Positions 37,173 to 47,515 of a stretch of DNA of 64,000 bases are shown here, piece after piece. This DNA comes from Felis catus. Its lineage: Eukaryota. Position 1 is the stretch's first letter, and each line of letters opens with the position of its first letter. The translations under genes and the position numbers were made by a program. The notes beneath the pieces were generated by a model. That model worked only from the letters and a program-made list of their open reading frames with translations. It was not told the origin of the DNA and made no database searches. The stretch covers positions 36,394,001 to 36,458,000 of the forward strand of contig NC_058373.1 in the NCBI RefSeq assembly GCF_018350175.1. Reading direction: 5' to 3'.

Positions 37173-40100
37173 AGAGAGAGGTCTCAAGTGAGCAAGGGCG
37201 GAGAGAGAGAGACAGAGACAGACAGAGAGAGAGAAGTGGGGCTCACCCAACGTAGGGATTGTGTTCACCAGAAGCAGGGTTCGTGCTCACCTGAAGCGTG
37301 GGCTCAAGTTCACCTCATGTCAGACTTGAACTCACAAACCGTGAGATCATGATCTGAGCCGAAGTCAGATGCTTAACTCGCTAAGCCACCCAGGTGCCCC
37401 ATTTTTTTCATTCTTAAAAAAAATTGGGGGGACGCGTGGGTGGCTCAGTCGGTTGAGCATCTGACTTTAGCTCAGGTCATGATCTCCCAGTTTGTGAGTT
37501 CAAGCCCCGTTTCGGGCTCTGTGCTGACCACTCAGAGCCTGGAGCCTGCTTTGGATTCTGTGTCTCATTCTCTCTCTGCCCCTCACCCACTTGTGCTCTA
37601 TCTCTCAAAAATAAATAAATGTGGAAAAAAATTTAAAAAACATTTTTTTTTGGATGCCTGGGTGGCTCAGCCGATTAAGTGTCTGACTTTGGCTCAAGTA
37701 ATGATCTCAAGGTTCATGGGTTCGAGCCCTGCATCGGGCTCTGGGCTGACAGCTCAGAGCCTGGAACCTACTTCGGATTCTGTGTCTCCCTCTGTCTCTC
37801 TGCCCCTCCCCTATTCGTGCTCTCCCTCTCTCTCAAAAATAAATAAATAAAAATTAAAAAAAATAATACTAAAAAAATTTTTAGGAGCGCCTGGATGGCT
37901 CAGTCAGTTAAGTGTCTGACTTCGGCTCAGGTTATGATCTCACGGTTTGTGGGTTCGAGCCCAGAGTGGGGCTCTGTGCTGACAGCTTGGAGCCTGAAAC
38001 CTGCTTCAGATTCTGTGTCTCCCTTTCTCTGTCTCTGCCCCTACTCGGCTTGTGCATGCGCACTCTCTCTCTCAAAAATAAATGAACATAAAAAAATTCT
38101 TAATTTTTTTTTTTCTTACAGGGGACACACAATGTTACATTAGTTTTCAGGTGTACAATGTATCTCTACATGCTATGCTGTGCTCACAGCGAGTGTTAAC
38201 TACCATCTGTCACCATGTAACATGATTACAATGTCATTGAATACATTCCCTGTGTTGTACCAGGGATTTGCTCTTTAAAATGGCCCCAAGAGTGATGCTG
38301 AAATGCTGGCTAGCACTCCTCAGCACAAAAAGGCTGTGATATGCCTTATGGAAAAAATATGTGTATTAGGTAAGCTTTGTTCAGACATGAGTTTCAGCAC
38401 TGTGGACTGTGAGTTCTACGTTAACAAATCAACAACTTAATATTCTTTTTTTTTTTTTTAATTTTATTTATTTTTTGAGAGAGAGTGAGCACAAATGGGG
38501 GAGGGGCAGAGCAAAAGGAAGGCACAGAATCTGAAGCAGGCTTCAGGCTCTGAGCTGTCAGCACTGAGCTGGACGTGGGGCTCAAACTCACAGACCGTGA
38601 GATCATGACCTGAGCCGAAGTTGGATGCTTAACCGACTGAGCCACTCAGGCGCCCCTCAACAACTTACATTCTTAAAGGAGGCTTTAACCACAAGCACAC
38701 ATAAAACAGGGTTATACATTGAGGGGTGCCTGGCTGGCTCAGTTGGTAGAGTGTATGACTTTTTTTTTCTAAGTTTTATTTATTTATTTTTTGAGAGAGA
38801 GAGAGAGAGAGAGAGAGAACAGGGGAGGGGCAGAGAGAGAGGGGGGCAGAGGATCTGAAGCAGACTCCAGGCTCTGAGCTGTCAGCACAGAGCCTGACAC
38901 GGGGCTTGAACCCACGAATCATGTCCCATGTGGGGCTCGAACTCACGAACCATGAGATCATGATCTGAGCCGAAGTCAGACACTTAACCGACTGAGCTAC
39001 CCAGGCACCCTGGAGTGTGTGACTCTTGATCTGGGGGTCATGAGTTTGAGCTCCACATTGGGTGTAGAGATTATAAATAAGTAAACTTAAAAAAAAAAAA
39101 AAAACCCAAGGCTATACATTGATTTTTTGACAAAAACGTTGCACCCAGATGTTAGCAAGGACTTAACCCTGTATTTTCCCTAGGAGCAATGGCTCAGAAT
39201 TCCCTAATTCATTGTTTTCAATGACTTTATAGGACACAACTGCCATGAATAATGAGAATCAACTGTATTTATATATTAAATTTAAAAATAAACAAGCTAA
39301 CTTTCACTTAAGGAACTGGGAAAAAATAAAATACACACACACAATAAATAGAAGGATTGACTATTAAGTAGAAAGTCTGAAATTCAGGAACTAGAAAACT
39401 GAATAAAGTCAAAATAATAAATTTATTTTGATTAGGGCAATGATTTCACAGATGTATCCCTATGCTAAAAGCTCATCAAACTGTTCGCTTTAACTATGCG
39501 GTTTGTGTTTTGTCAATTACGCTTCAACTCAGTGAAAAAAGAAGTTGGGTCTTGGAAAAGCCTGAATAGAAAAACGCGATTAAAGAAAAAAAAGTGAAAG
39601 AAATACATTAATATTGAGAAGGGCAATAAAAATGGAGGTGCTACAGAAATGGAAGAGTATTGTGTGTAGATTGTTGGTGAATTCAGGGAAATGAATCGAT
39701 TTCAAGAAGTAACAACCTGAACAGACCAAAAATCATTCAAGAAAGGAGAAAGGCAGTGAAATGTTAACCCTTTACAATAATATCAGGCCCAGCTTGTTGT
39801 TACAGCTGAGTCCTATCCAATCTTCAAAGAATAAGTCCAATGCCAAGTCATCTCAGACGGTAAAAAATAATGGTGAGACTCCCAATTTACTTTACAAAGC
39901 CACCATTACCCAATCCCGATGAAGATAGCATACAAAAAAGCAAGCAAGCAAGCAAGATAGATGGATAGATAGACAAATGTAACTTGGAGAGATGCAAAAC
40001 TCCAACTAAAATACAACCAAGCTAAACCCTGGGGTTTACTTAAAAAATAATAGGGGCGCCTGGGTGGCTCAGTCCGTTGAGCGTCCGACTTCAGCTCAGG

Positions 40101-41399
40101 TCATGACCTCACAGTTCGTAGGTTCGAGCCCCATTTCGGGCTCTGTGCTGACAGCTCAGAGCCTGGAGCCTGATTCAGTTTCTATATCTCCCTCTCTCTC
40201 TCTCTGCCCCTCCCCTTCTCACACTCTGTCAATCTCTCTCTCAAAAAAATAAATAAACATTAAAAAAAATTAAAAAAAATAATCCACCTTTATCACGAAG
40301 GACTTTTCCCAGAAATACAAGGATAGTTAGTTCACTGTTGAGTAATCGATGAAGTGCCCTCTGCTGGCCAGTAGTGCAGTATGGGAGGAGTAGTGATTCC
40401 CAAACTGTGATACATGCCTGTCAGAAACAGGGAGGGCTTTGCTAAGATGCCCATTCTGACTCACCAACTTTGGCGCGGAGGGGCTGGGAATCCGCACATG
40501 TAACCAAGCACCCTGGAAGTTTGCGACCCACAGTGAGTGGTCTAGGCTCACACCGGGAGAACTGCTGCCCTGAAGGTTAAAGCCCCACTTACTTCACCTC
40601 TTGGGACCTAGAGGAAGGCATTCCACAAAGCAGAGAGAATTCTGGAAAACAGGCTGCATTGCATGCAGGTGCTAACCAGGGAGGGTGGGAATGGGTTTCT
40701 GATGTTCACCACCCCCTTCTCAGAAATATGAGTGTTTTGGGCCTGCAGAATGAGAAGAAATTCTGGGAGGCTGGTGGAGAAGAGGCTGGAACAGCTGGCA
40801 GGAAGGAAGGAGGGAGGGCATGGGGGAGAAAAGAAGGAGACAGAAGTCCTCGACGATGAGCGAGGAATCCAGACTTCACAGCTCCAGGGGAACAGTATGC
40901 TCACCAGAGGCCAGAATTTTCCTCAGGAGACCAGGATTTTGGGTCCGGGCTTGCTTGGCCCTAACTGAATAATAACTGGCCCCACGCACTCTAGTTTCCT
41001 CATCTGTAAAATGTGACAAGCATTCTTCCAACAAGAGCTGCCGCGGGGATCACACGAGGTGCCATTTGGGAAAGTGCAACTGGCAAACACTGTACAAATG
41101 CCAGATATCGTCGTTAGTCTGACGATGCCGATGCCTGATTTTACAGATGTGAAAACAGGTCCAGAGAGGTCTGGTGACTTGCCCAAGATTGCACAGCTTG
41201 CTAGTGACCAGGCAAGACCAGGCTCGGGTCTCCTCACTTCTGTCCCGGGCAGACAGTCATCCTTTGTAGCTCACCCCATCTCCAAAGGCAAAGAACCCTT
41301 GCCTTTCCCTTGTCGCTGGCATGGAAAGCTAGACAAATGAGCCACTTACCCTCTGCAACTTTCAAGGTCTGGTTGGGCTGGGTCTCCCGGTGTGCTCAT
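8158..41399 (-). CDS. NOX5: NADPH oxidase 5, full spliced CDS, 16 exons, 736 aa
   Basis: Exons join in frame (50+124+151+211+235+154+179+183+133+137+45+125+85+100+167+132 = 2211 nt). Four EF-hands, 6-TM ferric reductase domain with heme His pairs, FAD motif HPFTISS, NADPH motifs GAGIGITPF and FFCG, C-terminal ENF. Confidence 0.98.
9274..9440 (-). CDS. NOX5: NOX5 exon 15 (GPFLELHMYMT...GRPDWRK)
   Basis: CACAG|GC acceptor, AAG|GTAAAG donor, 167 nt. Confidence 0.97.
11020..11208. other. Assembly gap
   Basis: Run of N. Confidence 1.
12409..12768. mobile_element. 5'-truncated + strand Can-SINE and tail-to-tail - strand Can-SINE
   Basis: The first starts mid-body (gtcaggctttgcactgacag). The second spans ~12590-12768. 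Confidence 0.85.
12999..13098 (-). CDS. NOX5: NOX5 exon 14 (VDFIWINRDQRSFEWFVSLLTKLELDQSEETRE)
   Basis: CCCTAG|GTG acceptor, G|GTAGGA donor, 100 nt. Confidence 0.96.
13772..13856 (-). CDS. NOX5: NOX5 exon 13 (HQKRKHICPSCQHSWMDDVQDEDMKLHK)
   Basis: CCCCAG|G acceptor, AAG|GTGAGC donor, 85 nt. Confidence 0.96.
14132..14256 (-). CDS. NOX5: NOX5 exon 12 (CYIDGPYG...GAGIGITPFASILQSIMYR)
   Basis: TCACAG|TGC acceptor, AG|GTGGGC donor, 125 nt. Confidence 0.97.
14657..14701 (-). CDS. NOX5: NOX5 exon 11 (VSEMSSENHLFCNIK)
   Basis: 45-nt exon with TCACAG|GTC acceptor and AAG|GTAGGA donor. FCNIK matches human. Confidence 0.93.
16000..16545. mobile_element. Head-to-head Can-SINE pair (- 16000-16222; + 16327-16545)
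   Basis: TSDs ttgattttacttt and ttttaaat(g/a)caagtaagttta. Confidence 0.9.
17045..17270 (+). mobile_element. Can-SINE
   Basis: TSD tttaaatcatgaa. Confidence 0.9.
19047..19183 (-). CDS. NOX5: NOX5 exon 10 (DTIWLHVRSQGQWT...RRSQRKPQ)
   Basis: CTCAG|AC acceptor, CAG|GTAGGT donor, 137 nt. Confidence 0.96.
19763..19970 (+). mobile_element. Can-SINE
   Basis: TSD tttaaaccatgg. Confidence 0.9.
20850..21047 (-). mobile_element. Can-SINE
   Basis: Reverse-orientation body and T-tract. Confidence 0.88.
22398..22530 (-). CDS. NOX5: NOX5 exon 9 (VTHLLIKRPP...EWHPFTISSAPEQK; FAD binding)
   Basis: CCCAG|GTC acceptor, G|GTACGC donor, 133 nt. Confidence 0.97.
24017..24199 (-). CDS. NOX5: NOX5 exon 8 (VFYWTHLSY...IVHGP...NLLPSK)
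   Basis: GCAG|GTG acceptor, AAG|GTGTGA donor, 183 nt. Contains the TM5 heme His pair. Confidence 0.97.
25124..25302 (-). CDS. NOX5: NOX5 exon 7 (ALQAQSGASPF...IRRSGHFE)
   Basis: TCTCCAG|CG acceptor, GAG|GTGCCA donor, 179 nt. Confidence 0.97.
25487..25640 (-). CDS. NOX5: NOX5 exon 6 (VLMLRRCLTWLR...FHQLMG...VHTVAHVANF; heme His)
   Basis: CCAG|GTG acceptor, G|GTGAGT donor, 154 nt. Confidence 0.97.
25676..25718. repeat. (CT)n microsatellite, (GA)n on the NOX5 strand
   Basis: Seen directly, ~35 nt upstream of the exon 6 acceptor. Confidence 0.95.
26328..26535 (+). mobile_element. Can-SINE
   Basis: TSD aaaacccac. Confidence 0.88.
26958..27160 (+). mobile_element. Can-SINE with internal deletion
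   Basis: TSD aaaa(t/c)gccagctgtgt. Confidence 0.85.
27340..27720. promoter_or_regulatory. CpG-rich patch over exon 5
   Basis: High CpG and GC density by eye. Confidence 0.6.
27368..27602 (-). CDS. NOX5: NOX5 exon 5 (SAAHWLTPPAARPRSRRPR...GQCLNFDCSFIV; polybasic region, TM1-2)
   Basis: CCACAG|C acceptor, GTG|GTAACA donor, 235 nt. Translated by hand because this frame is not in the ORF track. Confidence 0.97.
28420..29180 (+). repeat. G-rich degenerate minisatellite in intron 4, continuing as a CpG island into exon 4
   Basis: GGGCGGGGCT / GGGCT arrays plus ~7 copies of a gagcgggccaccggtgggrcgggcctrggcrgggt core. Confidence 0.9.
29269..29479 (-). CDS. NOX5: NOX5 exon 4 (GSGSIDADE...DKDNNGAITFDE...MENLTI; EF3/EF4)
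   Basis: GACAG|GC acceptor, AG|GTGTGG donor, 211 nt. Confidence 0.97.
31794..31927. other. Assembly gap inside a Can-SINE
   Basis: Run of N. Confidence 1.
32170..32372 (-). mobile_element. Can-SINE splitting a MIR
   Basis: MIR halves on both sides, TSD-like caccat(a/g)at(a/t)at. Confidence 0.85.
32490..33500 (+). mobile_element. Old L1 (L1M) 3' end fragment with inserted Can-SINE (33241-33445)
   Basis: L1 3' motifs ccagcaattctacttctggg and catacaatgaaatatt. SINE TSD aaaatggtgaaagtgg. Confidence 0.85.
33600..33647. repeat. (TG)n microsatellite
   Basis: Seen directly. Confidence 0.95.
34066..34216 (-). CDS. NOX5: NOX5 exon 3 (SFFAERFF...QVYDVD; EF2 loop DSDGSGTITLQE)
   Basis: CACAG|TCC acceptor, G|GTAAG donor, 151 nt. 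Confidence 0.97.
34283..34302. promoter_or_regulatory. NRF1-type palindrome GCGCATGCGC within a 20-bp alternating purine/pyrimidine tract
   Basis: gtgtgcgcgcgcgcatgcgc in a CpG-rich patch at the end of intron 2. Confidence 0.5.
35851..35974 (-). CDS. NOX5: NOX5 exon 2 (TMSAEEDAKWLQWV...LNVKE; EF1; beta ATG at 35970)
   Basis: Acceptor TTTGTCTCAAG|CACCATG, donor GAG|GCAAGT (GC), 124 nt. Confidence 0.95.
36423..36460. repeat. (GA)n microsatellite
   Basis: Seen directly. Confidence 0.95.
36840..39265. mobile_element. Non-autonomous TcMar-Tigger DNA transposon fragmented by ~7 Can-SINEs and an L1 3' piece
   Basis: TIRs TA|caattgatcctcattatt ... aataatgagaatcaactg|TA with TA target duplication. 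Confidence 0.8.
40052..40280 (+). mobile_element. Can-SINE within an old L1 fragment
   Basis: Head, body and tail. TSD-like aaaaaataat. Confidence 0.88.
40354..40367 (-). promoter_or_regulatory. Candidate CTCF site in NOX5 intron 1
   Basis: TGG-CCAGCAGAGGGCAC, a full match to the core consensus. Confidence 0.6.
41350..41399 (-). CDS. NOX5: NOX5 exon 1 (alpha-type N-terminus MSTPGDPAQPDLESCRG)
   Basis: Resembles human MNTSGDPAQTGPEGCRG. Ends AGAGG|GTAAGT (consensus donor) in phase 2, matching exon 2 start C-ACC-ATG. Confidence 0.9.
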
Positions 41400-42039
41400 C
41401 CTTTCTCCTGTTTTCTAGACCACAGGTCCCAGAGAGGCTGTGGTCTGTATGGCAGCCTGCATCGAGGAACCCACAGTTCACTTCTCTCCAGCTCCTCCTC
41501 TTCCTGAGTCTTCTAAAGCCCTGCTCACACCCACAGCCCCTCGGTCACCCACGTGCTGGCCACTGGCCAACTTGCTCCTGAGAAATTCCAACAAGGAGCC
41601 TATTGCGAGGGTGGGGCAAGGATTTATCTGGAAAGATGTTGGCTGTCTTCCATCTGGCCCGATATCTTGCATTTCCCCTCCCTCAAGGAGATCAATAGGT
41701 AGGAGATCTAGAAATGCACCATGCAATAATAATAATAATAATAAATCACCAATAAGTCAGAGTAGGCTCTGCTCAACACCTAATGAGCCAACTGAGACTT
41801 CATTGATCCCAATAGCATTGATTACCAACAGAAATGTTGAAGTACTCACTCTGAGCCATGCAGTGTGCTAAGGACTATATACACAGCATTCAGGTAAATA
41901 TATAACACAGTCCCGTCTGGTGGGCATTATCATCATTAAGCCACTGAAGAGGAAAGTGGGGCTCTGAGATGTGAAATAACATGTCCAGATGGCGTGGCAG
42001 GCAGGCATGCAACCATGGTAGGCTAACTCCGGAGACTGT

Positions 42040-42238
42040 GTTTTTATTTTAATGTTTATTTCTTTTTGAGGGAGGGGAGGGGGAGAGGGGCAGAGAGACA
42101 GAGACACAGAATCTGAACCAGGCTCCAGGCTCTGAGCAGTCAGCACAGAGCCCAACACAGGGCTCCAACTCTCGAGCTGTGAGATCGTGGACCTGAGCCG
42201 AGGTTGGAAGCTGAACCTTCTGAGCCCCCCAGGCTCCC
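42040..42238 (-). mobile_element. Can-SINE
   Basis: TSD ggagactgt. Confidence 0.85.
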
Positions 42239-42316
42239 GTGGAGACTGTATTTAACTACCCAGGGAGCAAAGCTCAGTCCCAAAGTACTGAGTAAAAACA
42301 TATTGGAACAGTCCTG

Positions 42317-43155
42317 TGAAGAGGTTGCCAGTTCAAGGGACCTGGGGAGGGAGGGAGGTCTGTGAGCTCTATTTGCTAAAAACCTAAGAGAGATTATACA
42401 AACACAAAGCCATGCCGCAACTAAAATTTGAAGTGCTTTTTACTTTTTGTCCTGCCTGGCAAGAGATCAGCTGAGGCTGAACATCTGTGGCAGATTAGGA
42501 CCCCTGACTGGTGATTTTAGAGGTCTCTGGTTAATTTCCAAAATGAGGGCAATAATAATTGTTTAGTTTATTTAAAGTGAGAGACAGAGAGCAGGAGAGG
42601 GGCAGAGAGAGAAAGGGGAGGGAGAATCCCCATCAGGCTCCGCGTTGGCAGTGGACGCTCGGCTAGAACTCACGAACTAGGAGATCATGAGGGGGAAATC
42701 AAGAGGCGGACACTTAACCAACTGAGCCACCTAGGTGCCCCAAGGAACGTGTAGTTTACGTTAAATCTCCTTACAGCTTGCAGCCCATTGATAGACACCT
42801 GAAACATACAGAACGTGACCTTCCTCCAGGAACTCATGGCTGCCTTGGTGCCTTAATATTTATGTTTGATATTATTAAAGGCTAAAAGTAACTTTAGTTA
42901 CTTAACAGCAGCTAGCTTCTCAAGATCCTGAAAGCCCTGCTTCCAAATTCCTTAGAGACTTATGCTCTCTCTAACCCCCCCAATTAAAAAGTATATAATC
43001 AGTCACTCCTCACAATCCCAGCACGGCTCCTTCTGCCCACGGGTCTTGTCCCTGTGCCATAATAAAATCACCTTTTTGCACCAAAAACATCTCAAGAATT
43101 CTTTCTTAGCCATTCTTTCATGAACCCCAAACTTCCAAATTTCATAATTTCATCA
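42317..43155 (+). mobile_element. Solo ERV LTR interrupted by a Can-SINE (~42565-42742)
   Basis: TG...CA ends, TATATAA 42992-42998, AATAAA 43061-43066 in U3-R-U5 order. Confidence 0.7.
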
Positions 43156-43659
43156 CCATGATCATGGTTTAGGCTTCATGTGCTTTCCTTTGACTCAGGA
43201 TTAGAAAGACCTTCAAGGTCGTAGAGCTTAACCAACCTTTTTTTAGCTTAAGTCTCTCTTCCGTCCTTCCCCAACCACACTTGGTGGTCGTCAGCCCTGA
43301 CTTTGCACACCCCCAGTCACAGGGGGATCACTTGCTTGGGAAGCAGCAAATGGGGGGCTATTTTGAGTATTCAAATAGTGTTCCTCTGTTCTAGAGTGAA
43401 GAGAGAAATAGAAACTTCCATTAAGTGACTTTAGAAACTATGTGTAGGAAATGGAAAATTCTTTTGAAGAAATAGGCAAAGCAGTTAGTATGAATTATGC
43501 TTTCAGGTGGTAACCAGTTAGGGAAGAAAAGGAGGGCTAAGAAGAGGTGAGACAGAGCTGCCCCTGTCCTGGCGTCACTGTGATTACCCGTGTATGATTC
43601 TCTGTCTACTCTCACTGCACTGTGAGCTCCTAAAGGCAAGGACTCTGGCTCATTAATTT

Positions 43660-43869
43660 TGAATTTTTTCAATGTTTATTTATTTGTGAGACAGAGACAG
43701 AGCATGAACGGGGGAGGGACCGAGAGAGAAGGAGACACAGAATCCAAAGCAGGCTCCGGGCTCTGAGCTGTCAGCACGGAGCCTGACACGGGGCTCGAAC
43801 CCACAAACCGTGAGATCATGACCTGAGCTGAAGTCAGATGCTTAACCGACTGGGTCACCCAGGCGCCCC
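43660..43869 (-). mobile_element. Can-SINE
   Basis: TSD tggctcattaattttgaat. Confidence 0.92.
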
Positions 43870-44701
43870 TTTGGCTCATTAATTTTGAATCCCAGGAAAC
43901 TAGCACAGTGCCCAACACATGGTGGGCACTCCAGGTGTATTTGTGGAATGAATAAACCTGCCTCAATTTGACAAGTATTTATGAAATACCATGTGCCATG
44001 CACCGTCTGGGTCTACAGAGATGAGTAAAAGAATCCAGCACGGTCAAGGCAGATACAGAAGGGCCAAGAAGAGAGTATCAGGAGGACTCCCCAGTGGAAG
44101 TGACTGACCTGAGATGGGTTTTAAAGTATGAATAGGAGTTTGCCAGCTGGAGAACAAAAAGGACATTCCGAGCAGCCGGAAGATCGAACACAGAGGCACG
44201 AAGACGGAAATGCATACTGTGTTCAGGAAGCCAGAAGCAGTGCAGGTATAACTAAACAGCGACATGGGGAAGGACGAGCCTGAAAACAGACCCAGAGCCA
44301 GGAGCAGGAGTCAGATCATGAAGGGTCTTGTACGAGGCAAGCTAAAGAGCTAGGACCCTACCCTGGGATGTGGGGTGCCAGTAAAAAATATAACACAATG
44401 GAGCAATGTGATCCGATACTTGCCAACGTTCTGACACATAAAAGTCTAATTTATATCCTAGTATCTGGGCAAAATGCAAATTTTTAAAGGGATGATAATA
44501 AACATTGTGAAATGTATTTTTAAACATGCCTTCTTTTTCACAAACATTTGGGGAGGATAGACTTTTTTCCCTGGTTACGTTTTTGCAGGATCACAAAAAT
44601 GATAAACATTATAGAAAAAAAATACATAAAAGCGCGCACACACACACAGATTTAAAAAAATCACTGTAAACCCACCCACCCAGGTAAAGTCTCTGCTACA
44701 A

Positions 44702-45270
44702 TGAAGGGTTCCTTTCTAGTCACATTCAGAAGATAGCCCAACATGGGATTCAGAGTGGACTAGTTTCTGAGGAACCCATTTGTATGAGCTGGTTTGCCTT
44801 TTGAAAGGTGAAATGGAATGGGATGGCTTAGGACATGGGGTTTTACCCCATGGGGTTTTACAATGGAGCTGGGAGGCCATTAAGGAGGTGGGCCTGCACA
44901 CTTCACCAGGTAGACCGTGAACTTCTGAACTGGGCTAAACCACAAATATTCTAAGGATCCAGCCTGAACACCTGCAACTTGCTACACAAAGAGACTTTGC
45001 CTAGCGATAGCCCTAGCAACCAATTAGATTCAGCCAACACTGGTTTTCCGCCACCAACAGAAATTCTTTGTAAACAACTTATACAAGCATTCCCTTTTGT
45101 CTTTAAAAGCCCTTGACTTGTGTTCCCTGGGAGGGCACCCTTTGGGTCACTGCCTACCTCTGTTTCCCTGAATTGCAATTCTGAGAGCACAAATATATGC
45201 TTTTGTTTTATTTTATTATTTATTTTAGCGAGTTGGCTCAAATATTTTGTTTGGTATTTTATTTTAGCGC
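44702..45270 (+). mobile_element. Old ERV-like LTR
   Basis: CCAAT, tttaaaa TATA-like box and ctgaattgcaattct motifs typical of ERV1 LTRs. Confidence 0.5.
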
Positions 45271-46257
45271 AGCCTTTTCTGAGCCAAGAACCTTGTGGGA
45301 AAGGCTTGGGTGGCACCTGGGAAGAGGAGGAGGAAAGCATGGGTCTGTTCTACCCTTGACCTCTGGTCTGAGCTCTCAGAAAGTAGAGATGCTCTTCCTG
45401 CTTTTGCAGGGAATGCAGGTGGCCCGGGTACGGTGTGGGCTCAGGGAGTCTTGAAGTTTCAGAGGACCTCAGTGGCTGAGTAGTGGAGGAGATGTCCTCA
45501 AATGGCTGGCTGGTGGTGGACAGCTCCGGGAGCACCAGGGTGGCAGGGATTTGAGCAGGCTGGCTTGTGAGCACAAGCGACAGCAAAGGCCCATGGGAGA
45601 AACCCCTGGGGGAAGTTGGAAGCGGAGTAGGGAGGCCAAGATCCACAGTGAGAAAAAGGTGGGCATGAAAGCTAATGTGACTTCCTTCACATCCGCAAGC
45701 TGGGGTCAGAAAAGTCAGAAGATGCAACTTGGGGCTTCTGGTTAAGGTGGCCCGAAGTCTGCCCCTTGAGGACCCCTTGTCTATACCACACACAAAGCAA
45801 TGACAGATAAAATACTTTAAGAAATGTAAAAGACCGGCTGCTCTCAAAAATAGGATAAATATCCCTGTCGGCCAGAGATGAAACAGAAACACACAATGGC
45901 TGTAAAATGGAATCTCTCGTCTCGCTCGCCTCTGGGAGCAGAGGCTTCTAAGAACTCTGCTCCTGGGGTAGGATGCGAGTCTCCCGACTTGGATCAGGGC
46001 TGAAAACAGCTGTGACCAACCATTGCCAGGGATTGACTTATTTTGTACTTGGGAGAAAAAGAGGAGTTGACATTGTCTCCTCACCCAGACCTGGACAGGC
46101 CAATGCCTGTTTGGTGACTGCACTCCCAGTGTCCTCAGATCTCCATGGATGGGAGCTCTGGGCCACCGAGGTAAAACCAGTATTGAATTGGGGAGGAGGG
46201 GAAGGCAGAAAGCTGGATGGAAGCAACAGTGAAACGTCTAGAGGAAGACTGAACATG

Positions 46258-46258
<1 letters not shown>

Positions 46259-46296
<38 letters not shown>
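46259..46296. repeat. (AC)n microsatellite
   Basis: Seen directly. Confidence 0.95.
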
Positions 46297-46298
<2 letters not shown>

Positions 46299-46984
46299 CC
46301 CATTCAAGATGAGCCAACAAGCTAGGATTCCAAAAGTCCCCAAAAGAATGAATGCTAAGAAGACAGCCAATCAAACCAATAACAGGGAGAATTCATTCTG
46401 TAAGTTGTGAAAATCATAGACTGTAAGCCTATGTAGATTCCTTGAAGAGAGAAAAGAAAGAAAAACGCCCATTAGAAAAAAGAAATAAAGAAATAAAAAA
46501 TGGACAGAAGGGAAACTAGTTTCAGCCGGTGTGAAGAAAACCCAGCTAGACATAGGGAGAATGACATGGGTATTACAATTCAATAAATAGGATAATGTTT
46601 TTAAACTAGACCTAGTTGAAGAGGGAATATACAATCCCTAAGATAGCATGGAATCATTCATTTGTCATACTTCTATAGCTTTTTTTCACTTACCAACATA
46701 TTCTAAGCATTTCTCATTATTGGCAGATATGAAAGTGTCCAAATGTTGTAAGCTAGTGTTCAATGTCTAGACATTTGATTTCTCCATATATATTCCATTA
46801 CTGTAAACAAGTTTCTGAGAAATCTTGTGATTAATCTTTGCCCAAGTTTTCAATGGTTTCTCTCCATTCCCCAAAAAGGGATTGCTGAGGGTAAAAGGAA
46901 TAAACTTTACAAAGCCTTTTGATAAAGCCAAAGAGCCAAATTGCTTCCCCCAAACCTTGGGCCAGTTTTCTCTCCCACCTATGT

Positions 46985-47515
46985 TTTATTTTTTTATTAT
47001 TAAAAAAATTTTTTTAATGTTTATTTATTTTTGAGAGAGAGACAGACTGTGGGTGGGGAGGGGCAGGAGAGAGGGGCAGAGAGAGAGGGAGACACAGAAT
47101 CGGAAGCAGGTTCCAGGCTCTGAGCTATCAGCACAGCTCGAACTCACGGACCTCAAGATCATGACCTGAGCTGAAGTCGGATGCTTAGTTGACTGAGCCA
47201 CCCAGACACCCCTCCCACCCATGTTTTAAGAGAATGCCTACTTCACCAAATACTTGTGAATAATAGGGATTATTCTTTAAAATACTCGTCAACCACTGGG
47301 GCGCTTGGGTGGCTCAGTCAGTTAAGCGTCTGACTTTGGCTCAGGTCATGATCTCAGGGTTCATGAGTTTGAGCCCTGCGTGGGGCTCTGTGCTGACAGC
47401 TCAGAGCCTGGAGTCCGTTTCAGATTCTGTGTCTCTGTCTCTTTCTGCCCCTCCTCCACTCATGCTCTGTCTCTTCTGTCTCTCAAAAATAAATAAACTT
47501 AAAAATAAAATAAAA
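46985..47515. mobile_element. Head-to-head Can-SINE pair within an old L1 fragment
   Basis: TSDs ctcccacc(t/c)atgtttta and aaaatact(c/t)gtcaa. Confidence 0.88.

Noticed and set aside
45350-46123. 257-aa minus-strand ORF
   Set aside because: No recognisable domain or splice context; composition looks random.
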